A stretch of 64,000 nt of DNA from Macrostomum lignano. Its lineage: Eukaryota. A program made the position numbers and the translations under genes. Shown in pieces: positions 47,901 through 60,221 of the stretch. The DNA is taken from contig NIVC01000984.1 of NCBI GenBank assembly GCA_002269645.1, positions 124,001 to 188,000 of the forward strand, written 5' to 3'. The notes under the pieces are model-generated. The model saw only the letters and a list, made by a program, of their open reading frames with translations. It made no database searches and was not told the origin of the DNA. The first letter of the stretch is position 1; the number at the start of each line of letters is the position of its first letter.

Positions 47901-50900
47901 AAGATCCAGAAAAGACCTTGTCTAATCTCTCAGCGCCTTATACCTTCAATTAGCCGACTCGCCACTGCAAGCCAATATTCACATCATAGCACATAGCAAT
48001 TCTTCCCCGCGCAATCCCCAGAACTTCGAGGCCTGCAACATCTGCGTGTGCCACGGCGACCTGACAGGCTCCGAGGCGGGCCTCTACATGCCCGGCCTGT
48101 TGGACCGGCGGCCTTCGCCTTGCCAGTGCGGCTTCTCAGCCAGCGCCAACCGGGCCCTTGGCCTCGGCTCCAACATCTTCTATGAGGATCTGTGCGACCT
48201 ACTGGGCGATAGACGACGCCTGGATTATCGGCCCTGGCCGTCAACTTATTCGCCGGCTGTGATTGACAGTCTGCTGAACTTTGTCTCTCTCACCATTCCG
48301 CTCAGGCAGTTCCGATCTCCTCCAGCTCAGCAGCAACAATCGCAGTCAGACGCAACCAACTCCGCCGTTGCAGTTGTCGCTGGCGCCGCTGCAGCCGCGG
48401 GCGCCGCAACTGCTGATCCCGCTGCTAGCAGCAGCCTGCATCCCGGTCATCTCGCTCAGTTTGAAGATTGCAACGAAGCGGCTAAATTAGTGCTACAGGT
48501 AGCCAGCTTGATCCGACAGAATCACACTATGTGTACAGCGGGGGGTAATTTTCTCATCATCAGGAAACATTCAGCGCCTGTCCTGGGGGGTTGTGGGATT
48601 CGCAACTTCAAGGTCGGGGGTTCGATTCTCGACCCACTGGGAACAATTTGTGTCCTTGAGCAAGACAGCTGCAAAATGGGTGCCAGCATTAGCTGGGGTA
48701 ATTGAGGGTGTACATGGCGACCCCCCATTCCTTGGACTGAACAGCCGTACGCAGCCTTCAGATGCGCCGCGCAATAGCTGCGGCTGAGCTGTCGGTTGCA
48801 CATCTGCCCATTAGGGCAGGTGTAATCAATTATTATTATTATTATGAGCTATATAATAGATTGCCTACTGACAAGTAGCAAATAAAGATTGTGAAGTGAA
48901 TTTCTTATAGTGTGTGCAAAAAGACTTCAACCATGTCTACATTTGGGGTGCTAGCTCAGCGTTTAATAACCAGCTGGTCTCATCGTGAGATTACAAGCTC
49001 ACAGGGTTGCCTCTCATGAGTACTACAATGAATCGAGCATTCATCTTGAGTACTTAACCTGTATTAAGAGTACTTTGTTCAGGCCCATCGCGGAACAATT
49101 TTGTTGCTAGGCCGACTGGAGGGAAAGGATGGGAAAGAGTCCCAGATCCATCAGTCCTCCCTTCGAATTTCAGTTAAACAAGCATGAACGAAACAATCTA
49201 ATAAGCCAGATAATCTTTAATAATCCACCTTTAAACAATCTAATCCGCAGGCGTGTACGCAGGGACTGCATCAGCCGCAGCAGCAGCAGCAGCCATTTTC
49301 ACTGGCTGAGCAGCCAACCCTGCTGCACCGATGGAGCTTAACTGGCCAGCTGCCCACGGCTGGCTCAGATTTGGTCCGATTATTAAAAAGCCTCAGACCC
49401 TGGTTCCAAGACTCACTATGGGGCAAAGCGTTGCAAGGCAATTATTGGGTAACTGGCCCAATGACCTGGCAAGAGTTTCATCAGTTTGCTAGGCGAGGCT
49501 CCGAGGAGAGCTGCGAGCCGCAGCCTTTGCCATTAATATCTGTCTATACTGACCGAGACGAGGGCATGCTGATTGCGCCGACCGCTGTGCGCGACTGGGA
49601 GCGTCTCGGCTTGGAGCCCTATAGCCGGCCAAAGAAACTGCAGTTTGTAGTGCTGGCGCCAGTCCAGGCTAGCCGGGTATTGAAGAAAGCGGTCCGGCGT
49701 ACAATGAGCGAACTGACTGTAGCATTCGCCGATTGCAAACTAGGCGAGCACAGTCCCGTTGCTTTATCGACTGATGGCGATTTCTTTTTAGATACCGGCC
49801 GATTAGAGTCCACAGAATTGCCGCCTAATTGCGTGGTTTATATGCTGGTTCGTGGCCAAACTGAGGCTTGCCAACTGCGCGACACAGTGGCCAAACTGAC
49901 TGGTGGAGCTGTCCCCGTGCCGCTGTCCACCAGACTGTTGCTGGCTCCGGCCAAGGGCGATTTGCGTGCTCTGGCTCTGCGTGTTTACACTCAGGTGAGC
50001 CTGCTAGGTCATCTAGCATCTGTTGGCATTATCTAGCCTCCACGGAAAATATATGATCTCTACTGACATGATCTAGTCTCTATTGGCATGATCTAGTCTC
50101 TGTTGGCATGATCTAGTCCCTACTGACATGATCTAAGCCTTACTGTCATGATCTAGTCCCTACTGTCATGATCTAGTCCCTACTGTCATGATCTAGTCCC
50201 TACTGTCATGATCTAGTTCCTACTGATACTGACATGATCTAGTATCTAATAGCATGATCTAGTCCCTACTGACATGATCTAAGCCTTAATGTCATGATCT
50301 AGTCTCTAATGGCATGATCTAGTCCCTACTGTCATGATCGAGTCTCTAATGGCATGATCTAGTCCCTACTGTCATGATCGAGTCTCTAATGGCATGATCT
50401 AGTCCCTACTGACATGATCTAAGCCTTAATGTCATGATCTTGTCTCTAATGGCATGATCTAGTCCCTACTGTCATGATCTAAGCCTTAATGTCATGATCT
50501 AGTCTCTAATGGCATGATCTAGTCCCTACTGTCATGATCGAGTCTCTAATGGCATGATCTAGTCCCTACTGTCATGATCGAGTCTCTAATGGCATGATCT
50601 AGTCCCTACTGACATGATCTAAGCCTTAATGTCATGATCTTGTCTCTAATGGCATGATCTAGTCCCTACTGTCATGATATAGTCTCTAATGGCATGATCT
50701 AGTCCCTACTGTCATGATATAGTCTCTAATGGCATGATCTAGTCCCTACTGTCATGATATAGTCTCTAGTGGCATGATCTAGTCCCTACTGACATGATCT
50801 AAGCCTTAATGTCATGATCTAGTCTCTAATGGCATGATCTAAGCTTTAATGTCATGATCTAGTCTCTAATGACATGATCTACTTCCTACTGCTACTGACA

Positions 50901-52391
50901 TGATCTAGTATCTAATGACATGATCTAGTCTATATTGATATGATCTAGTCCCTACTGTCATGATCTATTCTCTATTGGCATGATCTAGTTCCTACTGACA
51001 TGATCTATTCTCTATTGGCATGATCTAGTCCCTACTGTCATGATCTATTCTCTATTGGCATGATCTAGTTCCTACTGACATGATCTATTCTCTATTGGCA
51101 TGATCTAGTCCCTACTGACATCATCTAGTCCCAGTCCCTACTGAGATACGCTACTTAATCCTATCCCAACAAAACTACCCCTCCCCAGGTGCCGAAGCGA
51201 GTGCCTTATCCCACGGACGGTCGCTCGCTGTGCGGCTTCGGGCCGCTGAAAGATCGCGAGAGCTGCCAGCGCGAGCTGGGCATGACCGGCCCCGTGTCTC
51301 TGTTCGCTCCGCCCTACGTGCTGCATGCAAGCTCCGATGAACCGGTGCTATTGTGCGCCTACTGCCTATCTGAGGACAGGCGCTGGCTACTTGCCACCCT
51401 AACAGACGAGCGGGGCGAATTAAATTATCGCCGATTAATTAATCTACGCGTGCCCGACTGTCATCGGCGTAGGAAAGCATCAACTAAACAGCTGGGACCC
51501 GAACGCCTGCTAGAGTGGATCTGCGACCTGCCAGAGACCAGAGCTCAACGCTGGCGGCTTGTGCTCAGCCGGCTGGGCCGTCTAGGCCACGGCGAACTGC
51601 TAGTGTGGGCCGACCTGCTCAAACGGGCCAGCCTGCAGCAGCGCGGCGCCCGCTCGGCCGCTCTGTGCGCAGTCGACGCCGATCCCCATCTGCGCGTCCT
51701 GCCCGACCAGCTCAGTCGGGAAGGTCCGCAACGCGGTCCGCCCAGCGTCGGCGCCGATCGGCGTGTCAGCAGCGCCATCACGCACATCCTTGTGCTGCCA
51801 ACTTCGGCCAGTTTTAGTCAGGCTAATCCGGCCGACTTTCTGGGCGGCAGTCTGGGCGAGCCGGACCTCATGAACGAATTATTAGGCGATCCCGGCGTTC
51901 TAGGCGGCGACACTGGCAACGATTTGTTCAACGATTTGGATTTGAATTTCGATATCCAACTGCCAGATATTGAGGAGCCGGTTGTTGGGCCGCAGGGCGG
52001 CGACGGGTCCGGCCAGTTGATGCAGCAGCCGCTGGCTCTTGGCTACTACCTGTCCAGCGCTCCGCCTGGCCCTGTGCCAGCCTGGTTCCGGGTGGCTCCA
52101 CCTGAGCAGGCCGCAGTCTGCCTGCGCGCCAGCCTGCACCTCAACCAGCTGGCTTCTTGCGATCGAGCGCCGCTGTCGGCCGCTTGCGATCGCTCGCCAA
52201 CGCATCCGTTGAACACCTACAAGACTACTGAGGTGCTGCGCTACGTGCTGGAGACCTGCCACAGTCTCAGCTGGCTTAGCGTTGATCCGGCCACTGGCGA
52301 TCGGGTCTCCTGTCTGCCTAGGCACATCAACCAGCTATTCCTGCTGTACCATTCTGTGCACGCCGTTAGCGCTAGCTGCCAGACGTCCTGA
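38918..52391 (+). CDS. MED13: Mediator kinase-module subunit 13; join(38918..38965,43204..43722,44354..45692,45824..45909,46708..47484,48022..48498,49251..49994,51189..52391), ~1730 aa
   Basis: Colinear MED13 motifs: TLEYCYTNIFAI|ASL, ELWVFW, SYEVRTMLFKAVHNCIERCL, FLHGESVC, VILSPHGIAGELTG, LLSDSLL..NFEACNICVC, GPMTWQEFH, WERLGLEPY, LCGFGP, CAYCLSEDRRWLLATLTDERGEL, WRLVLSRLGRLGHGEL, QQPLALGYYLS, LRYVLE..LSWL..SCLPRH. All seven introns are GT-AG with matching phases, and the summed length of 5193 nt is divisible by 3. Confidence 0.95.
39788..40376. mobile_element. 589-bp MITE with 13-bp TIR CCATAGTCAGGAT and 8-bp TSD GTAGGAAC (MED13 intron 1)
   Basis: gtaggaac|ccatagtcaggat ... atcctgactatgg|gtaggaac (TSD at 39780-39787 and 40377-40384). 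Confidence 0.85.
41954..42808. mobile_element. PIF/Harbinger-like non-autonomous element (MED13 intron 1)
   Basis: Imperfect 16-bp TIR (gggccaatttcataaa / tttatgaaatagcctc, 13/16), inverted subterminal TGACAAG repeats, and CTG on both flanks (CWG-type TSD). Confidence 0.62.
43910..44276. repeat. 35-bp tandem repeat (~10 copies), MED13 intron 2
   Basis: Period 35. The unit carries the mini-hairpin CTCACAA-tatcccc-TTGTGAG. Confidence 0.96.
46005..46685. repeat. 31-bp minisatellite, MED13 intron 4
   Basis: tacaccctat recurs at 46441 and 46472. Confidence 0.96.
47597..47885. repeat. 28-bp tandem repeat, MED13 intron 5
   Basis: tcagttgc recurs at 47653, 47681 and 47709. Confidence 0.93.
48583..48845 (+). 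mobile_element. tRNA-derived SINE, copy 2 (MED13 intron 6)
   Basis: B-box GGTTCGATTC, then gtgtccttgagcaagac..aaatgggtgccagc body and an (ATT)n tail. Confidence 0.85.
50010..51135. repeat. 20-bp minisatellite (CATGATCTAGTCCCTACTGT)n, MED13 intron 7
   Basis: Period 20 at 50161-50200. Confidence 0.96.
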
Positions 52392-52664
52392 TCGCCCAAG
52401 CCAGTAGTAATAGCCATGCGGAAGTGTATTTATTTGAAAAAAATTAACCTGTCCCTCTGTTTGCTCGTTTGTTTGTTTGTACTTCTAGTAAGCGCGGTTT
52501 TTTAAAAAGCACAAAGATTAACTGAAATTTACCGGTATTATCAAAAAGCTCTGCTGTTTGTACATGTAATTATTGTTGCCAGCTATTATCTTTTTTGTGT
52601 ACATTTTATTGCATGTAGTTATTGTCTTTTGTCTGAGTGCTAATGACATCTGATGGCTTTGGAA

Positions 52665-53222
52665 TGCTGATTTGCACTGATCAGGTGAGAATTGAGAATC
52701 GCTAGTCCCATCAGGTGAGATTGGAGAATCGCTAATTCCATCAGGTGAGATTGGAGAATCGCTAATCCCATCAGGTGAGATTTGAGAATCGCTAATCCCA
52801 TCAGGTGAGATTTGAGAATCGCTAATCCCATCAGGTGAGATTGGAGAATTTCTATCCCATCAGGTGAGATCGGAGAATTTCTAATCCCATCAGGTGAGAT
52901 TGGAGAATTTCTAATCCCATCAGGTGAGATTGGAGAATCGCTAATCCCATCAGGTGAGATCGGAGAATCGCTAATCCCATCAGGTGAGATCGGAGAATTT
53001 CTAATCCCATCAGGTGAGATTGGAGAATCGCTAATCCCATCAGGTGAGATCGGAGAATCGCTAATCCCATCAGGTGAGATCGGAGAATTTCTAATCCCAT
53101 CAGGTGAGATTGGAGAATCGCTAATCCCATCAGGTGAGATTGGAGAATCGGTAATCCCATCAGGTAAGATTGGAGAATCGCTAATCCCATCAGGTGAGAG
53201 TTAAGAGTCACTAATCCCGTCA
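52665..53222. repeat. 30-bp minisatellite downstream of MED13 stop
   Basis: Unit CATCAGGTGAGATTGGAGAATCGCTAATCC, about 18 copies. Confidence 0.96.
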
Positions 53223-54274
53223 GCATGTGCAACTATGCCTGAGTAAAATGTTGTGATTGCTGTATTATAAAAGTTGTAAACTAATTGTAGATGTGTAATA
53301 AAATCAATTAATGCACTTTATATCAAGTAATATTTAAGCGTCCAAGTTAATTTGAGCCGTTCTATTGTACCGTAAATATTATATTGCTAATTTCTACTCT
53401 TGTTATAATGATTAGTTTTTATTCCATTGGAAGTGTTTTTGCAACTCCAAATGCCGAAAATTTGCCTGTCTGAAGTTTCTAACATATTGCAATTACTAAG
53501 TACATCAATCGCTTTGACAAATATGTACTTTAGCTGTAATTTGCACACATTCGATCGATCCGGCGTGCCCCTCCCTTCCCCGTGTATTGTAAGCTAGGCT
53601 AAGCTCTGTTTTAATGATTGAACTGAATTTTTTACTTTATAAAGTATTTGTCATAGATATTACTATTAAGTAGTTGAATCCGACCGTTTCTCATTCATAA
53701 AATCGTTCTGCTGCAGCTTATCTGTCGGCCACTCATCGATCTGTACAACGCGTTGCTGTATTAATTAATCTATCTGAAAATGCCAGCCTACTAACTAACG
53801 GTATTGTGTTTAAGTGTCTGTTTCAATTAATTTTATATTATATTGATTGGTATGAATGGCGTTTCTTTATTAGTCAACGCATTGTGAACTTCATATTTTC
53901 GTATCAGGTCTCCGCACCTTTCACTTGTGTAACTCCTCTACCATCGGTGGCAGCTCGTCCAGTGCGTTTTAAAGTATAGCACGTATGTGTCCTATTCATT
54001 AAATCCTAACGATCCACAACTGACTGAGATCTCACATTGTGTTCGCGATGTGTCCCCTTCTTCCCTGTTCTCCCCGTTCGTTAATTCTCTATTTGTCAAT
54101 AAAGAACACCCTGTCTACTGAGGAATAAAGATTTTCAAAAAAAATTATGCAATCCTCGCTTTCCCTGTCACACATGGAAAAGCATAAAAAAAAAACTGAA
54201 AATTGTTGCGCTTGCGTGCGTTTTGGTTATTTTAATTTGACAGTACGGCACGGGCTGGTCTGCGGAAATTCCTA

Positions 54275-54800
54275 CTGTTATAATTAGTCTATGGTTATTC
54301 CTACTGGTTTGATTAGTCTATGGTTATTCCTACTGGTTAAAATAGTCTATGGTTATTCCTACTGGTTTAATTAGTCTATGGTTATTCCTACTGGTTTAAT
54401 TAGTCTAAGATTATTCCTACTGGTTTAATTAGTCTATGGTTATTCCTAATGGTTTAATTAGTCTATGGTTATTTCTACTGGTTTAATTAGTCTATGGTTA
54501 TTCCTACTGGTTTAATTAGTCTATGGTTATTTCTACTGGTTTAATTAGTCTATGGTTATTCCTACTGGTTTAATTAGTCTATGGTTATTCCTACTGGTTT
54601 AATTAGTCTATGGTTATTCCTACTGGTTTAATTAGTCTATGGTTATTTCTACTGGTTTAATTAGTCTATGGTTATTCCTACTGGTTTAATTAGTCTATGG
54701 TTATTCCTACTGATTTAATTAGTCTATGGTTATTCCTAATATTTTAATTATTCTGTCTTGGGGTATTTCCAGTGGTTTACTTAGTCCGTGGGTATTCCAC
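54275..54800. repeat. 29-bp minisatellite (TTAGTCTATGGTTATTCCTACTGGTTTAA)n
   Basis: Period 29 at 54542-54571. Confidence 0.96.
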
Positions 54801-55130
54801 TGATTACTTAGTTAGTTAGTTATTAATTACTTTGCAAACCTTTCGTCTTTGTTACATAATGGAAGTAGATAATGTCTAGTTCCGTATGTGGTTTGGAGAT
54901 TGCCCAGATGCTTCAGGCAAGGTTACTTCCTCATATTCAATTCGGAATTATTGACTTTTGTAAATAAAAGTCTATTTAATCGGCTGACGGTCTTAACTGG
55001 TAGTTTGCTGCCGGAAACTTTAGCTTCTCTGGCAGAAAAAAACCAGACTTTTACTTATATTTCTACTTAAAGTAGCAAAAATCTAAATCAACCGTTTTAC
55101 GCGAGTAGGCAAGGTCACGTGATAGCTGGG

Positions 55131-55200
55131 GCCAATAGCAGCAAAGTCAAGGCACTGCAGGTCATCGCATGCAGAGGGGTTTTGAATACGGCTATATAAA
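55131..55200 (+). promoter_or_regulatory. Candidate core promoter of MARCH-like gene (CCAAT + TATATAAA)
   Basis: gccaat at ~55131 and TATATAAA at 55193-55200, 83 nt upstream of the ATG. Motif match only. Confidence 0.4.
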
Positions 55201-55282
55201 TTGGGTTAATGGTGAACTCTTATCTCAGACGTGACTAAATTGTAATTAAAATTCGCCATCGCTATCCGCCAACACTGATAAT

Positions 55283-58200
55283 ATGGAGGCTGCCAAGACA
55301 ACATGTCGGATTTGCTTATCCGAGGCATCGAGCATTGATCTAATATCGCCATGCAGGTGTACTGGAACACAAAAATATGTGCACAATGGGTGCATAATGG
55401 TGAGCATTCTATAAGAATTATATAGAATCCAATTTTTGTAGTCTTACTCTTAGGCTTAGTCTAGCCACATATGTTAAATAAGTCTCAGCATTCTCTGTCT
55501 GCAGAGTACATGTATGTACAATGAGAATAAATTGCTTTAAACCTATCAGATTCCAGCCAAACTGAATAAATGTTGTAAGCTTCTGTCAGATAACAGTCAA
55601 GAGTTACTCTATAGATGTTGTGATATAACAATTACTATATAGTCTTAGATCTAACCTTATTCAACTTAAATCAAGTAATGTATACATCTTGTAAAACACT
55701 CTTTAAAATAACCTACTGAAAAAGACATTGTAAATCTCAACCAGGTTACAGTCAAATTGAGTAGATTCTGTAAATCTCAACCAGATTACAGTCAAATTGA
55801 GTAGATTCTGTAAATCTCAACCAGATTATAGTAAAATTGAGTAGATTCTGTAAATCTCTCAACCAGATTACAGTCAAATTGAGTAGATTCTGTAAATCTC
55901 TCAACCAGGTTACAGTCAAATTGAGTAGATTCTGTAAATCTCAACCAGATTACAGTCAAATTGAGTAGATTCTGTAAATCTCTCAACCAGGTTACAGTCA
56001 AATTGAGTAGATTCTGTAAATCTCTCAACCAGATTACAGTCAAATTGAGTAGATTCTGTAAATCTCAACCAGATTACAGTCAAATTGAGTAGATTCTGTA
56101 AATCTCAACCAGGTTACAGTCAAATTGAATAGATTCTGTAAATCTCTCAACCAGATTACAGTCAAATTAAGTAGATTCTGTAAATCTCTCAACCAGATTA
56201 CAGTCAAATTGAGTAGATTCTGTAAATCTCTCAACCAGATTATAGTCCAATTGAGTAGATTCTGTAAATCTCAACCAGATTACAGTCAAATTGAGTAGAT
56301 TCTGTAAATCTCTCAACCAGATTACAGTCAAATTGAGTAGATTCTGTAAATCTCAACCAGATTACAGTCAAATTGAGTAGATTCTGTAAATCTCTCAACC
56401 AGGTTACAGTCAAATTGAGTAGATTCTGTAAATCTCTCAACCAGATTACAGTCAAATTGAGTAGATTCTGTGAATCTCAACCAGATTACAGTCAAATTGA
56501 GTAGATTCTGTAAATCTCAACCAGATTATAGTCAAATTGAGTAGATTCTGTAAATCTCAACCAGGTTACAGTCAAATTGAGTAGATTCTGTAAATCTCAA
56601 CCAGATTACAGTCAAATTGAGTAGATTCTGTAAATCTCAACCAGATTACAGTCAAATTGAGTAGATTCTGTAAATCTCAACCAGATTACAGTCAAATTGA
56701 GTAGATTCTGTAAATCTCTCAACCAGATTACAGTCAAATTAAGTAGATTCTGTAAATCTCTCAACTAAATGACAGTCAAATTGAGTAGATTCTGTAAATC
56801 TCTCAACCAGATTACAGTCAAATTAAGTAGATTCTGTAAATCTCTCAACTAAATGACAGTCAAATTGAGTAGATTCTGTAAATCTCAACCAGGTTACAGT
56901 CAAATTGAGTAGATTCTGTAAATCTCAACCAGATTACAGTCAAATTGAGTAGATTCTGTAAATCTCTCAACCAGGTTACAGTCAAATTGAGTAGATTCTG
57001 TAAATCTCTCAACCAGATTACAGTCAAATTGAGTAGATTCTGTGAATCTCAACCAGATTACAGTCAAATTGAGTAGATTCTGTAAATCTCAACCAGATTA
57101 TAGTCAAATTGAGTAGATTCTGTAAATCTCAACCAGGTTACAGTCAAATTGAGTAGATTCTGTAAATCTCAACCAGATTACAGTCAAATTGAGTAGATTC
57201 TGTAAATCTCAACCAGGTTACAGTCAAATTGAATAGATTCTGTAAATCTCTCAACCAGATTACAGTCAAATTAAGTAGATTCTGTAAATCTCTCAACCAG
57301 ATTACAGTCAAATTGAGTAGATTCTGTAAATCTCTCAACCAGATTATAGTCAAATTGAGTAGATTCTGTAAATCTCAACCAGATTACAGTCAAATTGAGT
57401 AGATTCTGTAAATCTCTCAACCAGATTACAGTCAAATTGAGTAGATTCTGTAAATCTCAACCAGATTACAGTCAAATTGAGTAGATTCTGTAAATCTCTC
57501 AACCAGGTTACAGTCAAATTGAGTAGATTCTGTAAATCTCTCAACCAGATTACAGTCAAATTGAGTAGATTCTGTGAATCTCAACCAGATTACAGTCAAA
57601 TTGAGTAGATTCTGTAAATCTCAACCAGATTATAGTCAAATTGAGTAGATTCTGTAAATCTCAACCAGGTTACAGTCAAATTGAGTAGATTCTGTAAATC
57701 TCAACCAGATTACAGTCAAATTGAGTAGATTCTGTAAATCTCAACCAGATTACAGTCAAATTGAGTAGATTCTGTAAATCTCAACCAGATTACAGTCAAA
57801 TTGAGTAGATTCTGTAAATCTCTCAACCAGATTACAGTCAAATTAAGTAGATTCTGTAAATCTCTCAACTAAATGACAGTCAAATTGAGTAGATTCTGTA
57901 AATCTCTCAACCAGATTACAGTCAAATTAAGTAGATTCTGTAAATCTCTCAACTAAATGACAGTCAAATTGAGTAGATTCTGTAAATCTCAACCAGGTTA
58001 CAGTCAAATTGAGTAGATTCTGTAAATCTCAACCAGGTTACAGTCAAATTGAGTAGATTCTGTAAATCTCTCAACCAGGTTACAGTCAAATTGAGTAGAT
58101 TCTGTAAATCTCTCAACCAGATTACAGTCAAATTGAGTAGATTCTGTGAATCTCAACCAGATTACAGTCAAATTGAGTAGATTCTGTAAATCTCAACCAG

Positions 58201-60097
58201 ATTATAGTCAAATTGAGTAGATTCTGTAAATCTCAACCAGGTTACAGTCAAATTGAGTAGATTCTGTAAATCTCAACCAGATTACAGTCAAATTGAGTAG
58301 ATTCTGTAAATCTCAACCAGATTACAGTCAAATTGAGTAGATTCTGTAAATCTCAACCAGATTACAGTCAAATTGAGTAGATTCTGTAAATCTCAACCAG
58401 ATTACAGTCAAATTGAGTAGATTCTGTAAATCTCAACCAGATTACAGTCAAATTGAGTAGATTCTGTAAATCTCAACCAGATTACAGTCAAATTGAGTAG
58501 ATTCTGTAAATCTCAACCAGGTTACAGTCAAATTGAGTAGATTCTGTAAATCTCTCAACCAGATTACAGTCAAATTGAGTAGATTCTGTAAATCTCTCAA
58601 CCAGGTTACAGTCAAATTGAGTAGATTCTGTAAATCTCTCAACCCTGACTACACTCAAATTGAGTAGGGCCTAGATTCTGTAAATCTCTCAACCTGACTA
58701 CACTCAAATTTAGTAGATTCTGTAAATCTCTCAACCTGACTACACTCAAATTTAGTAGATTCTTGCTGTAAAATTTTACCGGCTTATTATCAATAACTTC
58801 AGTAAAAATTGCTCAAACAAATGAAAACCCACAGGCCTGGATTCGCCTCGAAGGCGAGGTTGAGCCAAAAAAGCTGGCCTGCGAAATCTGCGGCAGCAAG
58901 TACAGGATGAAATCCAGGCGTTTTTTCCGGGTATGGACCGCCTTTGCTTGCTTGTGTCTGGAGACAGCAGTCATCACCCAGTTCAGTCACACTGCTCAGT
59001 CACCAGCCAGTTCAATCACACCCCAGTCACCAGCCAGTTCAGTCACACTGCCCAGTCACCAGCCAGTTCAGTCACACTGCCCAGTCACCAGCCAGTTCAG
59101 TCACACTGCCCAGTCACCACCCAGATCAGTCACTGCCCAGTCACCACCCAGTTCAGTCACACTGCCCAGTCACCACCCAGATCAGTCACTGCCCAGTCAC
59201 CAGCCAGTTCAGTCACTGCCCAGTCACCAGCCAGTTCAGTCACTGCCCAGTCACCACCCAGATCAGTCACTGCCCAGTCACCAGCCAGTTCAGTCACACT
59301 GCCCAGTCACCACCCAGATCAGTCACTGCCCAGTCACCAGCCAGTTCAGTCACTGCCCAGTCACCAGCCAGTTCAGTCACACTGCCCAGTCACCAGCCAG
59401 TTCAGTCACACTGCCCAGTCACCAGCCAGTTCAGTCACACTGCCCAGTCACCAGCCAGTTCAGTCACTGCCCAGTCACCACCCAGATCAGTCACTGCCCA
59501 GTCACCACCCAGATCAGTCACTGCCCAGTCACCAGCCAGTTCAGTCACACTACCCAGTCACCAGCCAGTTCAGTCACACTGCCCAGTCACCAGCCAGTTC
59601 AGTCACACTGCCCAGTCACCAGCCAGTTCAGTCACACTGCCCAGTCACCAGCCAGTTCAGTCACACTGCCCAGTCACCAGCCAGTTCAGTCACACTACCC
59701 AGTCACCAGCCAGTTCAGTCACACTCTCACTCGCCCCTCAACCCCGCAGCCCCGCCTCGTGGTGAATCGAAAATCGCCCATCCTGGCTTTGATTTCGATC
59801 GCCCTGATCATGTTCGCCTGCGGCGCTGTGGCCTCGATGCTGAAATACTCGCATCTGCTAGACAACACGCCGATGTCTGAGCTGCACATCTTCAATCCGG
59901 GTCTAATACTGAAGCTGCTGGGCCTGCTGCTGCTGTCCGTGTTCTGCTGCGCAGCCGTGCTGTGCCTGCTGTGCGCGGCCTTCTGCGCCGAGGACTCCCT
60001 GCTGAGCTGCGAGCTGACGCGTCGGGAGCTCCGACTAGTTGACTATCGGTGTCCTGCCGATCGTAGCGACGACACCGCTGACGTCATGGCCGTATGA
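55283..60097 (+). CDS. Membrane-associated RING-CH (MARCH-type) E3 ubiquitin ligase, 186 aa; join(55283..55399,58835..58930,59750..60097)
   Basis: Complete C4HC3 RING-CH across exons 1-2 (CRIC..SPCRCTGTQKYVHNGCIM|AWI..CEICGSKY), followed by two TM helices in exon 3. All junctions are phase-0 GT-AG. Confidence 0.9.
55725..58760. repeat. 40/42-bp minisatellite (~3 kb) with 1104-bp higher-order duplication, MARCH intron 1
   Basis: Unit GTAAATCTC(TC)AACCAGATTACAGTCAAATTGAGTAGATTCT. Rare variants recur 1104 bp apart. Confidence 0.97.
58965..59725. repeat. CAGTCAC-core minisatellite (mixed ~27-29-bp units), MARCH intron 2
   Basis: Units such as CAGTCACCAGCCAGTTCAGTCACACTGCC. The array is stop-free in all three plus frames. 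Confidence 0.95.
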
Positions 60098-60221
60098 ATA
60101 CGATTGCTTAGTGTGCTCACAGTGGTGCTGGATCATGCTTTACTAGGGCCTTGATCAAATTGAGAGATCGTTAATCTCCTTCGGTTTTGTTTCACCCATT
60201 TCTGAAGACATTCAATTCTGC

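Noticed and set aside
48499-48705. Extension of MED13 exon 6 ORF
   Set aside because: It reads through a GT donor into a SINE, and MED13 similarity resumes at 49251.
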